A stretch of 34,980 nt of DNA from Deltaproteobacteria bacterium. Its GTDB lineage: Bacteria; Myxococcota_A; UBA9160; UBA4427. Positions within the stretch are counted from its first letter, which is position 1; the number at the start of each line of letters is the position of its first letter. This document shows positions 8,803-18,237 of this stretch, in pieces. The stretch covers positions 1-34,980 of the forward strand of contig DRKE01000369.1 of assembly GCA_011051925.1 (NCBI GenBank). Reading direction: 5' to 3'. The position numbers and the translations under genes were made by a program. A model generated the notes under the pieces. That model ran no database searches, had not been told where the DNA came from, and saw only the letters and a program-made list of their open reading frames with translations.

Positions 8803-9414
8803 ATGCGGACACGATTCGATTTCCCGGGACTGATCCCGATGGTGATCGTCCTCGGCGCCCTCGCCTGTGCGACGAAGGACGCGCGCTGGGTCAATGAGCA
8901 CCTCGAACTCAGCGAGAACTTCCATGCGGGCACGAAGGTCCTCGAGACACCCCCGATTCCCGATACCGGGGCACATCGGGCCTGGCTGCGCGCGACCGGC
9001 AGGACCCGGGGTCCGCGGCGCGGTGCCGACATCGAACTCGCCGTCCGTGCCGAATTCGAGGACTTCTCGTTTCTCGATCGCGTCTCCTTCGCCAGCGGAC
9101 GGGCCTATCCACTCACGGTCGTCAAACGGGAGAACGAGGATTGCGGAACGACCGACATCTCGCTCTGCAACGTCCACGAAGACGTCTCCGTCCGGCTCTC
9201 GCGAAAATTCCTGATCGCGAAACGAGCGACTGGCTTCCATGTGAAGCTCTGGGGTCGACGGGAGAGCGTCGTCCTCTTCGTCCCTCCGGAATACATCGAG
9301 GGTCTGATCTCCAGGATGGAGAACCGCGAACCCCGACCGATCGAAGCCCTGAAGGCGGCACCCCCGGCCAGCGTGCCCGCTGCCGCCGATCCGGCTGCGT
9401 CTGCTCGCCGCTGA
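8803..9414 (+). CDS. Uncharacterised lipoprotein
   Basis: MRTRFDFPGLIPMVIVLGALA-C lipobox, a Cys pair (DCGTTDISLC) and a Pro/Ala-rich tail. Start uncertain; the ORF opens at 8692. Confidence 0.65.
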   Translation: MRTRFDFPGLIPMVIVLGALACATKDARWVNEHLELSENFHAGTKVLETPPIPDTGAHRAWLRATGRTRGPRRGADIELAVRAEFEDFSFLDRVSFASGRAYPLTVVKRENEDCGTTDISLCNVHEDVSVRLSRKFLIAKRATGFHVKLWGRRESVVLFVPPEYIEGLISRMENREPRPIEALKAAPPASVPAAADPAASARR

Positions 9415-9420
9415 CGCCCC

Positions 9421-10059
9421 TCAGTCCCAGTCCGATTCGTCGCGCCCGAGTGCCCGAAGTCGTTCTCTCACGGGAAGCGGCGGGAAACCCGGTCGCTCTC
9501 CGCGGTCCAGGGCAGCCACATGTGCCCCGTCCTCGGCCCAGAGATGGCAGGTGTTCAGGTTCCCCTTCAAGCGACGACGGCGCTCCTCCGGGCTGATCAC
9601 CTGACCGGATTCCCCTCTCAGGCGGCCCTTGCGAACCGACACGGACCAGGTCGACTGGACGACGGCGGGCGCCATGGCCTGCATCAACGCATTGACATGG
9701 GTACACCCTTTCGGACCACCGAAGAGATCGCGGATTTCACGAGTGAAGCCCCGGGCGATCGAGAGCCCGACGAGCTTCTCGTAGTCGTTCGCGATGAGCG
9801 GACAATTCGCCTGGGGATGGGTCTCGAAGAGCACGCGGGCTGATGTGATCTCCAACATCGGAAGGCGTACGCGCAACTCGAGTTGCATCTGGTGGATCTC
9901 GAGGCTCTCCGGATCTTCGACCACATAGAGCCCGGGCGGCTTCGTGTCGGAGATGGCGCCACGAACGAGAAGTTCCTCGTCCGAGAGCTGGTAGACACGC
10001 GTCTCGTATCGACGCGTGTGGATGAGATCGAGATCGTCGTCGGGAGGCAGAAGGCTCAT
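9421..10059 (-). CDS. DUF2889 family protein
   Basis: IHTRRYET, IHQMQLELRV, CPLIA, LVGLSIARGFT, FGGPKGCTH and NTCH. AAGGAGG RBS. Confidence 0.85.
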   Translation of the reverse strand: MSLLPPDDDLDLIHTRRYETRVYQLSDEELLVRGAISDTKPPGLYVVEDPESLEIHQMQLELRVRLPMLEITSARVLFETHPQANCPLIANDYEKLVGLSIARGFTREIRDLFGGPKGCTHVNALMQAMAPAVVQSTWSVSVRKGRLRGESGQVISPEERRRRLKGNLNTCHLWAEDGAHVAALDRGERPGFPPLPVRERLRALGRDESDWD

Positions 10060-10236
10060 GCCTCCTTCTTAGCACTGTCTCCGACGCCGTTCCCCTGGCG
10101 ACACGGCCTTCCGCGACCGCCCGCGGCGGATCGGGAGCGCTATCATCGCGGCGCCGGATTCCGATCCGGCGAGCCGGAATCCCTGCCTTCGCGAGGGATC
10201 CCCTTGCCTCCCGAACCACAACCGTCGAGGAACGCG

Positions 10237-11376
10237 ATGAGTCAGACGACACCCCGAGAAACGCTCCAGATCGAGAGCACCGTGACCCCCGACGGACGCC
10301 TCGAGATCTCGCTCGCTTCGGCCGAGATCCCGCCGCTCGGCCCCGACGACGTCCTCGTTCGCGTCGAGGCCGCACCGATCAACCCCTCGGACCTCGGCCT
10401 CCTCTTCGGCCCCGCCGACATCCGGAAAGCCACCGCCGGCGGAACCCCGGAACGTCCTGTCCTGGCCGCTCCGATTCCCGACGCGTCGATCGGCAGCGTG
10501 GCGGCGCGGGTGGGCCGGCCGATGCCGGTCGGGAACGAAGGCGCAGGGATCGTCATCGAAGCGGGAACCTCCGATGCGGCACGAGCGCTCCTCGGTCGGA
10601 CGGTCGGCGTGATCGGCGGCGGGATGTACGCCCAGTACAGGGTCGTGCCGGCTGCCATGTGTCTTCCCCTGCCGGAGGGGACCGCGCCCGCCGAAGGCGC
10701 ATCGTGTTTCGTGAATCCGATGACCGCGCTGGGCATGGTCGAAACGATGCGTCTCGAAGGACACCACGCGCTGGTCCATACCGCCGCAGCCTCGAATCTC
10801 GGGCAGATGCTGAACAAGGTCTGTCTCGCAGACGGGATCCCGCTCGTCAACATCGTCCGCCGCAAGGAGCAGCAGGAGATCCTCCGCGCGATCGGCGCCA
10901 CGATCCTCTGCGACACGAGCGACCCCGATTTCAGGGACCGGTTGACCGATGCCCTGGCGGAAACCGGCGCCACTCTGGCCTTCGATGCCACGGGCGGAGG
11001 GAAGCTCGCCGGTTGGATTCTTTCGTGCATGGAGGCTGCCCTCAACCGGAACGCCGAGGAATACAGCCGGTACGGCTCGACGACCCACAAGCAGATCTAC
11101 ATCTACGGCCGGCTCGATCGTTCGCCCACCGTCCTCGAAGGGGATTTCGGAACGGCCTGGAGCGTGGGCGGTTGGTTGCTACCGCCGTTCCTGGCCAGGC
11201 TCGGTCCCGAAGGCGCCGCCCGGCTCCGCGAACGCGTCGCCTCCGAGATCAAGACGACCTTCGCGAGCCACTATACCTCCGAGATCTCGCTGGCCCAGGC
11301 CCTCGAGCCCGAAACGGCGGCCGCCTACGGAAGAATGGCAACGGGAGAGAAGTACCTGATCAATCCCCAGAAGTGA
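10237..11376 (+). CDS. MDR superfamily NAD(P)-dependent oxidoreductase (quinone or enoyl reductase-like)
   Basis: VRVEAAPINPSDLG, VGNEGAG, FVNPMTALGM, HTAAASNLGQML, FDATGGG and TGEKYLINP. GAGG RBS before ATG 10237. Confidence 0.92.
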   Translation: MSQTTPRETLQIESTVTPDGRLEISLASAEIPPLGPDDVLVRVEAAPINPSDLGLLFGPADIRKATAGGTPERPVLAAPIPDASIGSVAARVGRPMPVGNEGAGIVIEAGTSDAARALLGRTVGVIGGGMYAQYRVVPAAMCLPLPEGTAPAEGASCFVNPMTALGMVETMRLEGHHALVHTAAASNLGQMLNKVCLADGIPLVNIVRRKEQQEILRAIGATILCDTSDPDFRDRLTDALAETGATLAFDATGGGKLAGWILSCMEAALNRNAEEYSRYGSTTHKQIYIYGRLDRSPTVLEGDFGTAWSVGGWLLPPFLARLGPEGAARLRERVASEIKTTFASHYTSEISLAQALEPETAAAYGRMATGEKYLINPQK

Positions 11377-11386
11377 CGACCGACCG

Positions 11387-12274
11387 TCAGCCACGCTCGT
11401 CGAGGATCTCGAGCAGGCCGTCGATCTCGGCGATTTCGGGCGTGGCGGAGTTCAGCCAGCATTCCTGGATTCCCAGTTCCTCGTAGGCATCGAGCGACGC
11501 GTGGATCGCTTCGCGCGAAGACCGATCGACCGTCCGCGCCATCGCCTTTGCCGGTCCCTCCCCTGCCAACCGGATGTACTTGTAGACGTAGTTCTTGAGC
11601 TTCGCATCCGCGTCGGGCGCGAGCGAGTACCAGAATCCCGCGATCCGGATGGGCGGCTCGTCGCGAGCGGCACGGTCCCACTCCGACAGGATCATCTCCT
11701 GTTGCGCCTTCATCTCCGAGCGGTCACCGTTGCCCGACCAGGAGTAGATGCCATCGGCCCAACGGACTGCCTGTGCGATCGCACGAGGTCGCGTCACCCC
11801 CGCCAGGATGGGCGGCCCGCCCGGCTGCACCGGCCGGGGGCCCAGGGGTTCCGCCCCTTCCAGGGGAGGCTCGCCAGCCCAGATCCTGCGGATCTGCGCG
11901 ACCTGCTCCGACATCTTCTTGTGTTGCTGGCGGACGGGTTCCCGTTCCATCACGGCATAGTCCTGGGGACGTCCACCCACGCCGACGGTGATCATCGTAC
12001 GGCCGTCCGAAATCAGATCGAGGGTCGCCGCATGCTTCGCGACCTTGCTCGCGGAGTGCATCGGCAGGACATAGAGCGTCGGCACGATCCGGACCCGCTC
12101 GGTCACGGCCGCTGCCGCGCCGAGCATCGCCATCATGTCCACGCCCGGACCGACCATCCGCTCGCCACAGGAGAGGGCCGAAAAGGGCCCCTCGTCGATG
12201 CGGCGACACCACTCCCGGAGGACCTCCCACGAAAGCCCCTCCTGGGAATACGGAAGACAGAGTCCGACCTTCAT
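11387..12274 (-). CDS. LLM-class flavin/F420-dependent oxidoreductase
   Basis: MKVGLCLP, GER, LGAAAAVTERVRI, AKHAATLDLISDGR, GVGGR and GPRPVQPGGPPILAG. Confidence 0.9.
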   Translation of the reverse strand: MKVGLCLPYSQEGLSWEVLREWCRRIDEGPFSALSCGERMVGPGVDMMAMLGAAAAVTERVRIVPTLYVLPMHSASKVAKHAATLDLISDGRTMITVGVGGRPQDYAVMEREPVRQQHKKMSEQVAQIRRIWAGEPPLEGAEPLGPRPVQPGGPPILAGVTRPRAIAQAVRWADGIYSWSGNGDRSEMKAQQEMILSEWDRAARDEPPIRIAGFWYSLAPDADAKLKNYVYKYIRLAGEGPAKAMARTVDRSSREAIHASLDAYEELGIQECWLNSATPEIAEIDGLLEILDERG

Positions 12275-12708
12275 CGCGCGCTCAGCCGGTAGAGATGGAC
12301 CTCTGCGATGTCCTCATGCCGAGGCCGCACGCCGTATTTCTCCTCGTAGTGATTCGCGAACGCGTCGAATTCCTCCTGCTCGCGAACCCGGAAGGCGACC
12401 AGGTCGTAGATCCGTCCGTCGATCGCGACCCGGACAGAAGGGTCCTTCTCCATGTTCTCGACCCAGCGGCTGCGATTCCTTCCCGCATGGACGTAGAGCC
12501 GGTCGCCCAGTCCGATCGCCCAGATATTGACCGAATAGGGATCCTCCGGCCGGGTCTCGAGCTGGATCGTCGACACCTCGTCGGTCCATTCCCAGTCGGA
12601 CGGCGCCGGAGCCGGCGTTCCGCTCAACCTTCCGCCGGGAAGCACGAGCATCGGGCCGCATCCGACGAGGAAGAAGAGGGTCGCGACCGCCAGCGTCCGG
12701 AAGATCAT
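12271..12708 (-). CDS. Lipoprotein with split-barrel (DUF2255/nitroreductase-like) domain
   Basis: LAVATLFFLVG-C lipobox, then IQLETR, YSVNIW, LYV, WVENMEKDPSVRVAIDG and YEEKY. 4-bp overlap with the LLM gene. Confidence 0.7.
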   Translation of the reverse strand: MIFRTLAVATLFFLVGCGPMLVLPGGRLSGTPAPAPSDWEWTDEVSTIQLETRPEDPYSVNIWAIGLGDRLYVHAGRNRSRWVENMEKDPSVRVAIDGRIYDLVAFRVREQEEFDAFANHYEEKYGVRPRHEDIAEVHLYRLSAR

Positions 12709-12717
12709 CCAAAGCCC

Positions 12718-13602
12718 TCAATCCGAAGCGGAACGCTTCCGTTCTCCGTAGTCTCCGAAGGGCGCATCGCGCTCTGCGATGACCTTTCGGAAGCCCTTTT
12801 CCTCGAAACTCTCGACCCAGCGATAGGCCTCTTCGGTATGTCGGGTGATCCCGTCGAAGAGGGTCCCGAGCAGCTGTGTCGTTCGCAGGCCCATGTTCTC
12901 GAAGGCCTGGTTGATCAGGAGCTTGTTCAGCGCGAGCTGGTTGGCGGGAATGTTCTCGAGCCGTCGTGCATCCGCCTCGATCCGCTCTTCGATCTCGTCG
13001 GGAGGACAGACGTGCGAAACGAGCCCGATCCGATGGGCAGTCCCGGCATCGATCGCGTCCCCGCTCAGAAGGAACTGCTTCGCATGCTCCAGGCCCAGAC
13101 GATAGACCCAGATCATCGTCGTCGGTGTCCCGAAGATTCGCGAGGGCGCATAGCCGATAAAGGCATCTTCGGCCATGTAGAGGAGGTCGCAGCACAGGAT
13201 CAGGTCGGTCGCTCCCCCGATCGCCCAACCATGGATCTGGCCGAGCACGGGCTTCGGACACTCCCAGATCTTCATGAAGCGTTTGACGTTATGCCCCATG
13301 AACTGGAGATCGCGAACCGGGTCCCAGGCGCCTTCCCGGGGCTCCGGACCGGGTGCATCGAAGGGGCTCCCCCAACCCCCCTCCATCTGGCCGCCCGGAT
13401 TGAGATCGTATCCGCCCGTGAGCGCCCGCCCGGCACCGCGCAGGACGATCGAACGCACCGGTCGCGATGCCGTCGCACGATCGATCGCGTCCGCCACGCC
13501 CTGGACCATCGCTTCGGTCAGGGTATTCATCTTCTCGGGCCGGTTGAGCGTGACGATCGCGACGCTTCCCCGCTCTTCATAGAGCACGACCGACTCATCC
13601 AT
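12718..13602 (-). CDS. Enoyl-CoA hydratase/isomerase (crotonase) family protein
   Basis: VTLNRPEKMNTL, LRGAGRALTGGYDL, PKPVLGQIHGWAIGGA and AHRIGLV. AGGAGG RBS before ATG 13602. Confidence 0.93.
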   Translation of the reverse strand: MDESVVLYEERGSVAIVTLNRPEKMNTLTEAMVQGVADAIDRATASRPVRSIVLRGAGRALTGGYDLNPGGQMEGGWGSPFDAPGPEPREGAWDPVRDLQFMGHNVKRFMKIWECPKPVLGQIHGWAIGGATDLILCCDLLYMAEDAFIGYAPSRIFGTPTTMIWVYRLGLEHAKQFLLSGDAIDAGTAHRIGLVSHVCPPDEIEERIEADARRLENIPANQLALNKLLINQAFENMGLRTTQLLGTLFDGITRHTEEAYRWVESFEEKGFRKVIAERDAPFGDYGERKRSASD

Positions 13603-13784
13603 GACTCCCACCTCCTGCCCGATCGACCCTCGCATGATAGACGACCCGATTCCTCCGGACACGAGTCGATTGCCGGACCGGTTCGGCCAGAGCCATGGGC
13701 GCAGCAGCCGTGTTCGCGCGACGCGCCGGAATGATCGACAATCGCCCCGGGGAGCCATTCACGAGATTTCCGCCCGGGAGTGAC

Positions 13785-15269
13785 ATGAAGACGACGAGAC
13801 GGAGCGCCGGATCGGCGAGCGTGACCTACCGCAACGCGGACGCCGACTACTTCGAACGCCGGGGCCTGCGTCGCTTCGCAGGCGTCTGGTCCCTCTGGGC
13901 CCTGGGCGTCGGCGCCGTGATCTCGGGCGATTTCTTCGGCTGGAACTACGGCCTGCTCTCCGGAGGCTTCGGCGGCCTGCTCGTCGCGACCGGGATCGTG
14001 AGCGTCATGTACGTCGGACTCTGTTTCTCGATCGCGGAACTCGGTCCCGCGCTCCCTCATACGGGCGGTGCCTATTCCTTCGGCCGAACGGCCTTCGGAC
14101 CCTGGGGCGGCTTCCTGACGGGACTCGCCGAAAGCATTGAGTACGTGTTGACGCCGGCCGTGATCGTCGTCGGTATCGGTGGCTATGTCGGAGCGATCGT
14201 GGAGGACACGCTCGGCCTCTCGCTGCCCGAGCCGGTCTGGTGGGCGCTCTTCTATGCATTCTTCGTCGGAATCAACGTCATCGGTGTCGAACTGACCTTT
14301 CGCGTGACGGTCGGCATCACCATCCTGGCCCTGCTCGTGCTCGTCGTCTTCTGGATCGGAGCGCTACCGCTTTTCAGTTGGGACGAAGCGCTCTCCGTCG
14401 GACCCCTGGCCGGCGCGAATCGATGGTTTCCCCGTGGCCTCTCCGGAGTCAGCGCGTCTCTTCCCTTTGCGATCTGGTTCTACCTGGCCATCGAGCAGCT
14501 TCCCCTTGCGGCCGAGGAGAGCCATGATCCGAAACGGGACATGCCGCGTGGACTCCTCTGGGGCATCGCGACCCTGATCGTCGCTTCGCTCCTCACGCTC
14601 TTTCTCAACGCGGGCATCCCGCCGGGCGCGGCGGTCGTCGGTGCTTCGGAAGAGCCCCTTCTTCTGGCGTTCAAGACCATCCATGGCGAGGGAACCGGCA
14701 CGACCCTCCTCGCGCTCGCGGCGGTCGCAGGCCTGGTCGCCAGCTTCCACGCGATCATCTACGCCTACGGCCGGAACATCTACTCCCTGGCCCGCGCGGG
14801 ATATTTCCCGACCTGGATGTCGAGAACCCATTCGACCCGGAAGACGCCCCATGTCGCACTGCTCGTCGGCGCCGCTTCGGGCTATGCGGTCGCCCTGGCG
14901 ATCCGATTCGGAAGCGCGATCTTCGGAGACGTACCCGTCGGCGGTGTCCTCCTCAACATGGCCGTCTTCGGTGCGGTCATCGCGTACATCATGCAGATGG
15001 CGGCCTACCTGCGAATCAAGTCGATGGACTCCCTCGAGCGTCCCTGGGTGAGTCCGCTGGGGAGAGCGGGGGCGCTCACGGCCGGCGGGATCGCGGCGAT
15101 CACGCTCGTGTTCCTGTTCGTGAATCCGGACTACCGACCGGGCATCTACGGCGTCGCGATCTGGTTCGGCCTATCGCTTCTCTACTTCGGGCTCTACGCG
15201 CGTCATCGGATGATCCTTTCTCCCGAGGAGGAATTCGCCCTCCGGGCACGCGAGGACACCGCGACCTGA
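13785..15269 (+). CDS. APC-family amino acid/amine permease (ethanolamine permease-like)
   Basis: LWALGVGAVISGDFFGWNYG, PHTGGAYSF, PFAIWFYLAIEQLPLAAEE, GLVASFH and SLARAGYFP; about 12 TM segments. Confidence 0.9.
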   Translation: MKTTRRSAGSASVTYRNADADYFERRGLRRFAGVWSLWALGVGAVISGDFFGWNYGLLSGGFGGLLVATGIVSVMYVGLCFSIAELGPALPHTGGAYSFGRTAFGPWGGFLTGLAESIEYVLTPAVIVVGIGGYVGAIVEDTLGLSLPEPVWWALFYAFFVGINVIGVELTFRVTVGITILALLVLVVFWIGALPLFSWDEALSVGPLAGANRWFPRGLSGVSASLPFAIWFYLAIEQLPLAAEESHDPKRDMPRGLLWGIATLIVASLLTLFLNAGIPPGAAVVGASEEPLLLAFKTIHGEGTGTTLLALAAVAGLVASFHAIIYAYGRNIYSLARAGYFPTWMSRTHSTRKTPHVALLVGAASGYAVALAIRFGSAIFGDVPVGGVLLNMAVFGAVIAYIMQMAAYLRIKSMDSLERPWVSPLGRAGALTAGGIAAITLVFLFVNPDYRPGIYGVAIWFGLSLLYFGLYARHRMILSPEEEFALRAREDTAT

Positions 15270-15351
15270 GCCGATTCCCGGCGCGGATTCCCCCATGCGC
15301 ACATGAAGACCCGCCCCCACGCCCGGGAACCCGGGAGGCGCCCGAAGGAGT

Positions 15352-16608
15352 TCAGGCGGCCGGTCGGATCTTGTATCGGATGGGCAGCGTCTTGTACCCG
15401 ACGACGAAGCTCGACTCGATCAGGCTCGGGTCGGCCGCCGGCTCGACGTGTTCGATCCGGGTCGCGAGCTCACGGAAGAGCGCCCGCGCGCTGAGCCTCG
15501 CCACGTGGGATCCCAGACAGAAATGCTCACCGGTTCCGAATCCCAGGTGCCTGTTCGGTTGGCGTCGGATATCGAACTCGAAGGGTCTGTCGAAGACCGA
15601 TTCATCACGGTTCGCGGAAGCATAGAAGAGCGCCAGATCCTCCCCCTTCTTCATCTTCACGCCATGCATCTCCACATCCTCCAGCAGATGCCGCCGCATG
15701 TAGTTCACGGGCGTCGTCCAGCGAACGATCTCTTCGAAGGCCGGTTTCGTCAGCTCGGGATCATCGCAGAGGCGTTCCAGCTGTTCGGGATTCTCGAGGA
15801 GCGCCGCCATCCCGCCCGCGATCGCGTTTCTCGTCGTGTCGTGGCCGGCGGTGAAGACGATCAGGAAATACCCGAAGGTCTCGATCGGAGGCATCGGCGA
15901 CCCGTCCGCCATCTTCGCGTTGGCGAGCAGGCTCGCGAGATCGTCTCGGGGATTCGCGCGTCGATCCTCGATGATCCGGGCGAAGAGCCCCATGAACTCG
16001 GCCCCGAGGGCCATGATCGCTTCTTTCCGATCCTCGCCTTCGCGCTGGAGATCGGGATCTTCCGAAGCGAAGAGCTGTTGCGTCAAGGAGAGGACGAGCT
16101 CTTCGTCATCACGATCGATGCCGAGAATCGTCGCCAGGACGCGGAGGGGATGTCGCTGGGCGATCGCCTCGACGAAATCGCATTCCCCCTCGTCGCCGAG
16201 CTTGTCGACCTGTTCGCGAGCGCATTCCGTCACGATGTCGTCCAGACGATGGATGCTACGCGGCGTGAAGAACCCGCTCGCCACCTTCCGGAACTCCCGA
16301 TGCTCCGGCGGGTCCATGTCGATGATGCTGCGCATGGCGGCAAAGGGGCTCTCGGTCTTCTCGAGTTCCGCCTTCTGTTCGCGGTTCAACAGGACTGCAC
16401 CCTGCGTGTTGCTGAAGATCTCCGGCCGGCTGGAAATCTCGACGATGTCCGCGTGCCGCGTGATCGTATAGAAGGGCGGGAAGGTCTCCGTCTCGCAGCG
16501 CCAGACCGGTGCATTCTGGCGAAGCCAGGTCCAGGCCTCGTGGGGTTGTCCGGAAACGCCGTAGTGGCTCGGAACGATCAGATCGTCGGGATCGAAATCT
16601 GGGGACAT
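15352..16608 (-). CDS. Cytochrome P450 (CYP108-like I-helix)
   Basis: MDPPEH, I-helix FTAGHDTT, EEIVRW (ExxR), SANRDE and haem motif FGTGEHFCLG. Confidence 0.96.
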   Translation of the reverse strand: MSPDFDPDDLIVPSHYGVSGQPHEAWTWLRQNAPVWRCETETFPPFYTITRHADIVEISSRPEIFSNTQGAVLLNREQKAELEKTESPFAAMRSIIDMDPPEHREFRKVASGFFTPRSIHRLDDIVTECAREQVDKLGDEGECDFVEAIAQRHPLRVLATILGIDRDDEELVLSLTQQLFASEDPDLQREGEDRKEAIMALGAEFMGLFARIIEDRRANPRDDLASLLANAKMADGSPMPPIETFGYFLIVFTAGHDTTRNAIAGGMAALLENPEQLERLCDDPELTKPAFEEIVRWTTPVNYMRRHLLEDVEMHGVKMKKGEDLALFYASANRDESVFDRPFEFDIRRQPNRHLGFGTGEHFCLGSHVARLSARALFRELATRIEHVEPAADPSLIESSFVVGYKTLPIRYKIRPAA

Positions 16609-16782
16609 CGGATCACACTCCTTGGCTTCGAGGCACCTGTTCCGACTCGGCCGTCCCGGACGTCATCCTCCGCGCCATCAGCCGATCGCTTCGTGGCGGG
16701 AGGGCCATCGTCGCCTCCGCCTGCGCTCGAGAATGGATTATGGCATAGTGCGTGTCGATAGAAAAACACGCCGGAGGCCCGC

Positions 16783-17913
16783 ATGAATACCCGCCTGGCT
16801 CGCGATCTCGGTCTCGAATTCCCGATCTTCGCCTTCACCCATTGCCGGGACGTCGCGGCCGCCGTCTCGAAAGCCGGGGGAATGGGCGTCTTCGGCGTCG
16901 CCGCCCATTCGGCGGAAGGGCTTCGCGCCGAACTCGAGTGGATCGAAAAGGAGGTCGGAGACAAGCCCTATGGCGTCGACCTCCTCCTCCCCACGCGATT
17001 CGTCGGCAGCGACAAGAAGGGCGGCCTGAATGACGCCGAGCTCGACGCGAAGATTCCCGAGACGCATCGACGATTCGTGAAGAACCTGCTCGATGAGTTC
17101 GAGGTTCCGCCGCTTCCGCCCGACGTCGATACTTCGGGAACCCTGGGTGTCGGCTACGAACGCCAGAAGGACGTGATCGAACTCCTCTTCCAGCATGATA
17201 TCAGCCTGATCGCGAGCGCCCTCGGTCCACCCCCGGCCTGGATGATCGACATGAGTCGGGACAAAGGGGTCAAGGTCGCGGCGCTCGCCGGGACGGTCGA
17301 GCACGCGAAACGACACGTCGAGGCCGGTGTCGACATCGTGGTCGCCCAGGGCTACGAAGCCGGCGGTCATACGGGCCAGATCGCGACGATGGTGCTGGTT
17401 CCCGAGGTCGTCGATGCGGTCGATCCGATTCCCGTCCTGGCGGCAGGCGGCATCGGGAGTGGCCGACAGATCACCGCAGCCCTCGCCTTGGGCGCCCAGG
17501 GCGTCTGGCTGGGCTCGCTCTGGCTGACGACCGAAGAGGCCGAAACCCACCCGGTCGTGAAGGAGAAATTCCTGAAGGCCTCGTCGAGCGACACGATCCG
17601 CAGTCGCTCGCTCACGGGAAAGCCCGCGCGGCAGCTCCGTAGTGCCTGGACCGACGCCTGGGAGGATCCGTCGAATCCCGATCCCCTTCCCATGCCCCTC
17701 CAACCCCGTCTGGTCCGCGAAGCCCAGGCCCGCATCTCGCGTACGGCGCATAAGTCGAAGGGCGCCGCCCAGCTGAGCAACTACTTCGTGGGGCAGATCG
17801 TTGGATCGATGAACCACACGAAATCCGTACGCACGGTGATGGAGGAGCTCGCGGTCGGGTATGCCGACACCATGGAGCGCCTCGACGAGTGGGCCCGGGG
17901 CGAAGAGGCCTGA
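16783..17913 (+). CDS. Nitronate monooxygenase / FabK-like FMN oxidoreductase
   Basis: FPIFAFTHCRDVAAAVSKAGGMG, PYGVDLL, VAQGYEAGGHTG, VLAAGGIGSG and ALGAQGVWLGS. GGAGG RBS. Confidence 0.92.
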   Translation: MNTRLARDLGLEFPIFAFTHCRDVAAAVSKAGGMGVFGVAAHSAEGLRAELEWIEKEVGDKPYGVDLLLPTRFVGSDKKGGLNDAELDAKIPETHRRFVKNLLDEFEVPPLPPDVDTSGTLGVGYERQKDVIELLFQHDISLIASALGPPPAWMIDMSRDKGVKVAALAGTVEHAKRHVEAGVDIVVAQGYEAGGHTGQIATMVLVPEVVDAVDPIPVLAAGGIGSGRQITAALALGAQGVWLGSLWLTTEEAETHPVVKEKFLKASSSDTIRSRSLTGKPARQLRSAWTDAWEDPSNPDPLPMPLQPRLVREAQARISRTAHKSKGAAQLSNYFVGQIVGSMNHTKSVRTVMEELAVGYADTMERLDEWARGEEA

Positions 17914-18149
17914 ACCGGATCGGTGCGTACCGTTCCGGCGCTGTTCCGGAATGAAAGACCGCGTTTCGATCTGGAAGCCGCGCCCACCGATGCACGCCGA
18001 CGGGCGGCCGTTCCCAGCGACCAGGGCGAGAGAGCGCGATGCGGCAAAGGGCCCGTGCAGGCACGATCGAACGCGCCGAGACTTCCGGATCAGGCCGCTG
18101 GCAGCGCCCTCGGGCGGGATCCCATGGGACCGTGATCGGCTTCGCCCCC

Positions 18150-18166
18150 TTGGCATCGGTCTTGCT
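18150..18166 (+). promoter_or_regulatory. Sigma-54 (RpoN) -24/-12 promoter upstream of maf
   Basis: TTGGCAT-CGGTC-TTGCT, with GG(18152-18153)-N10-GC(18164-18165), matching TGGCAC-N5-TTGCW. It lies about 70 bp before the start codon. Confidence 0.75.
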
Positions 18167-18237
18167 CCTTCCCTTCCGACCGATCCCCGGGCCGCGGCCC
18201 TGGCGGGCCGTTCGGGATCATCGGTCGGGGAGGAAAC

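Noticed and set aside
16741-16757. TGGCAT as a sigma-54 site before the NMO gene (similarly TGGCAC at 711 and TCGGTCTTGCA near 28237)
   Set aside because: Each lacks the GG-N10-GC pairing.
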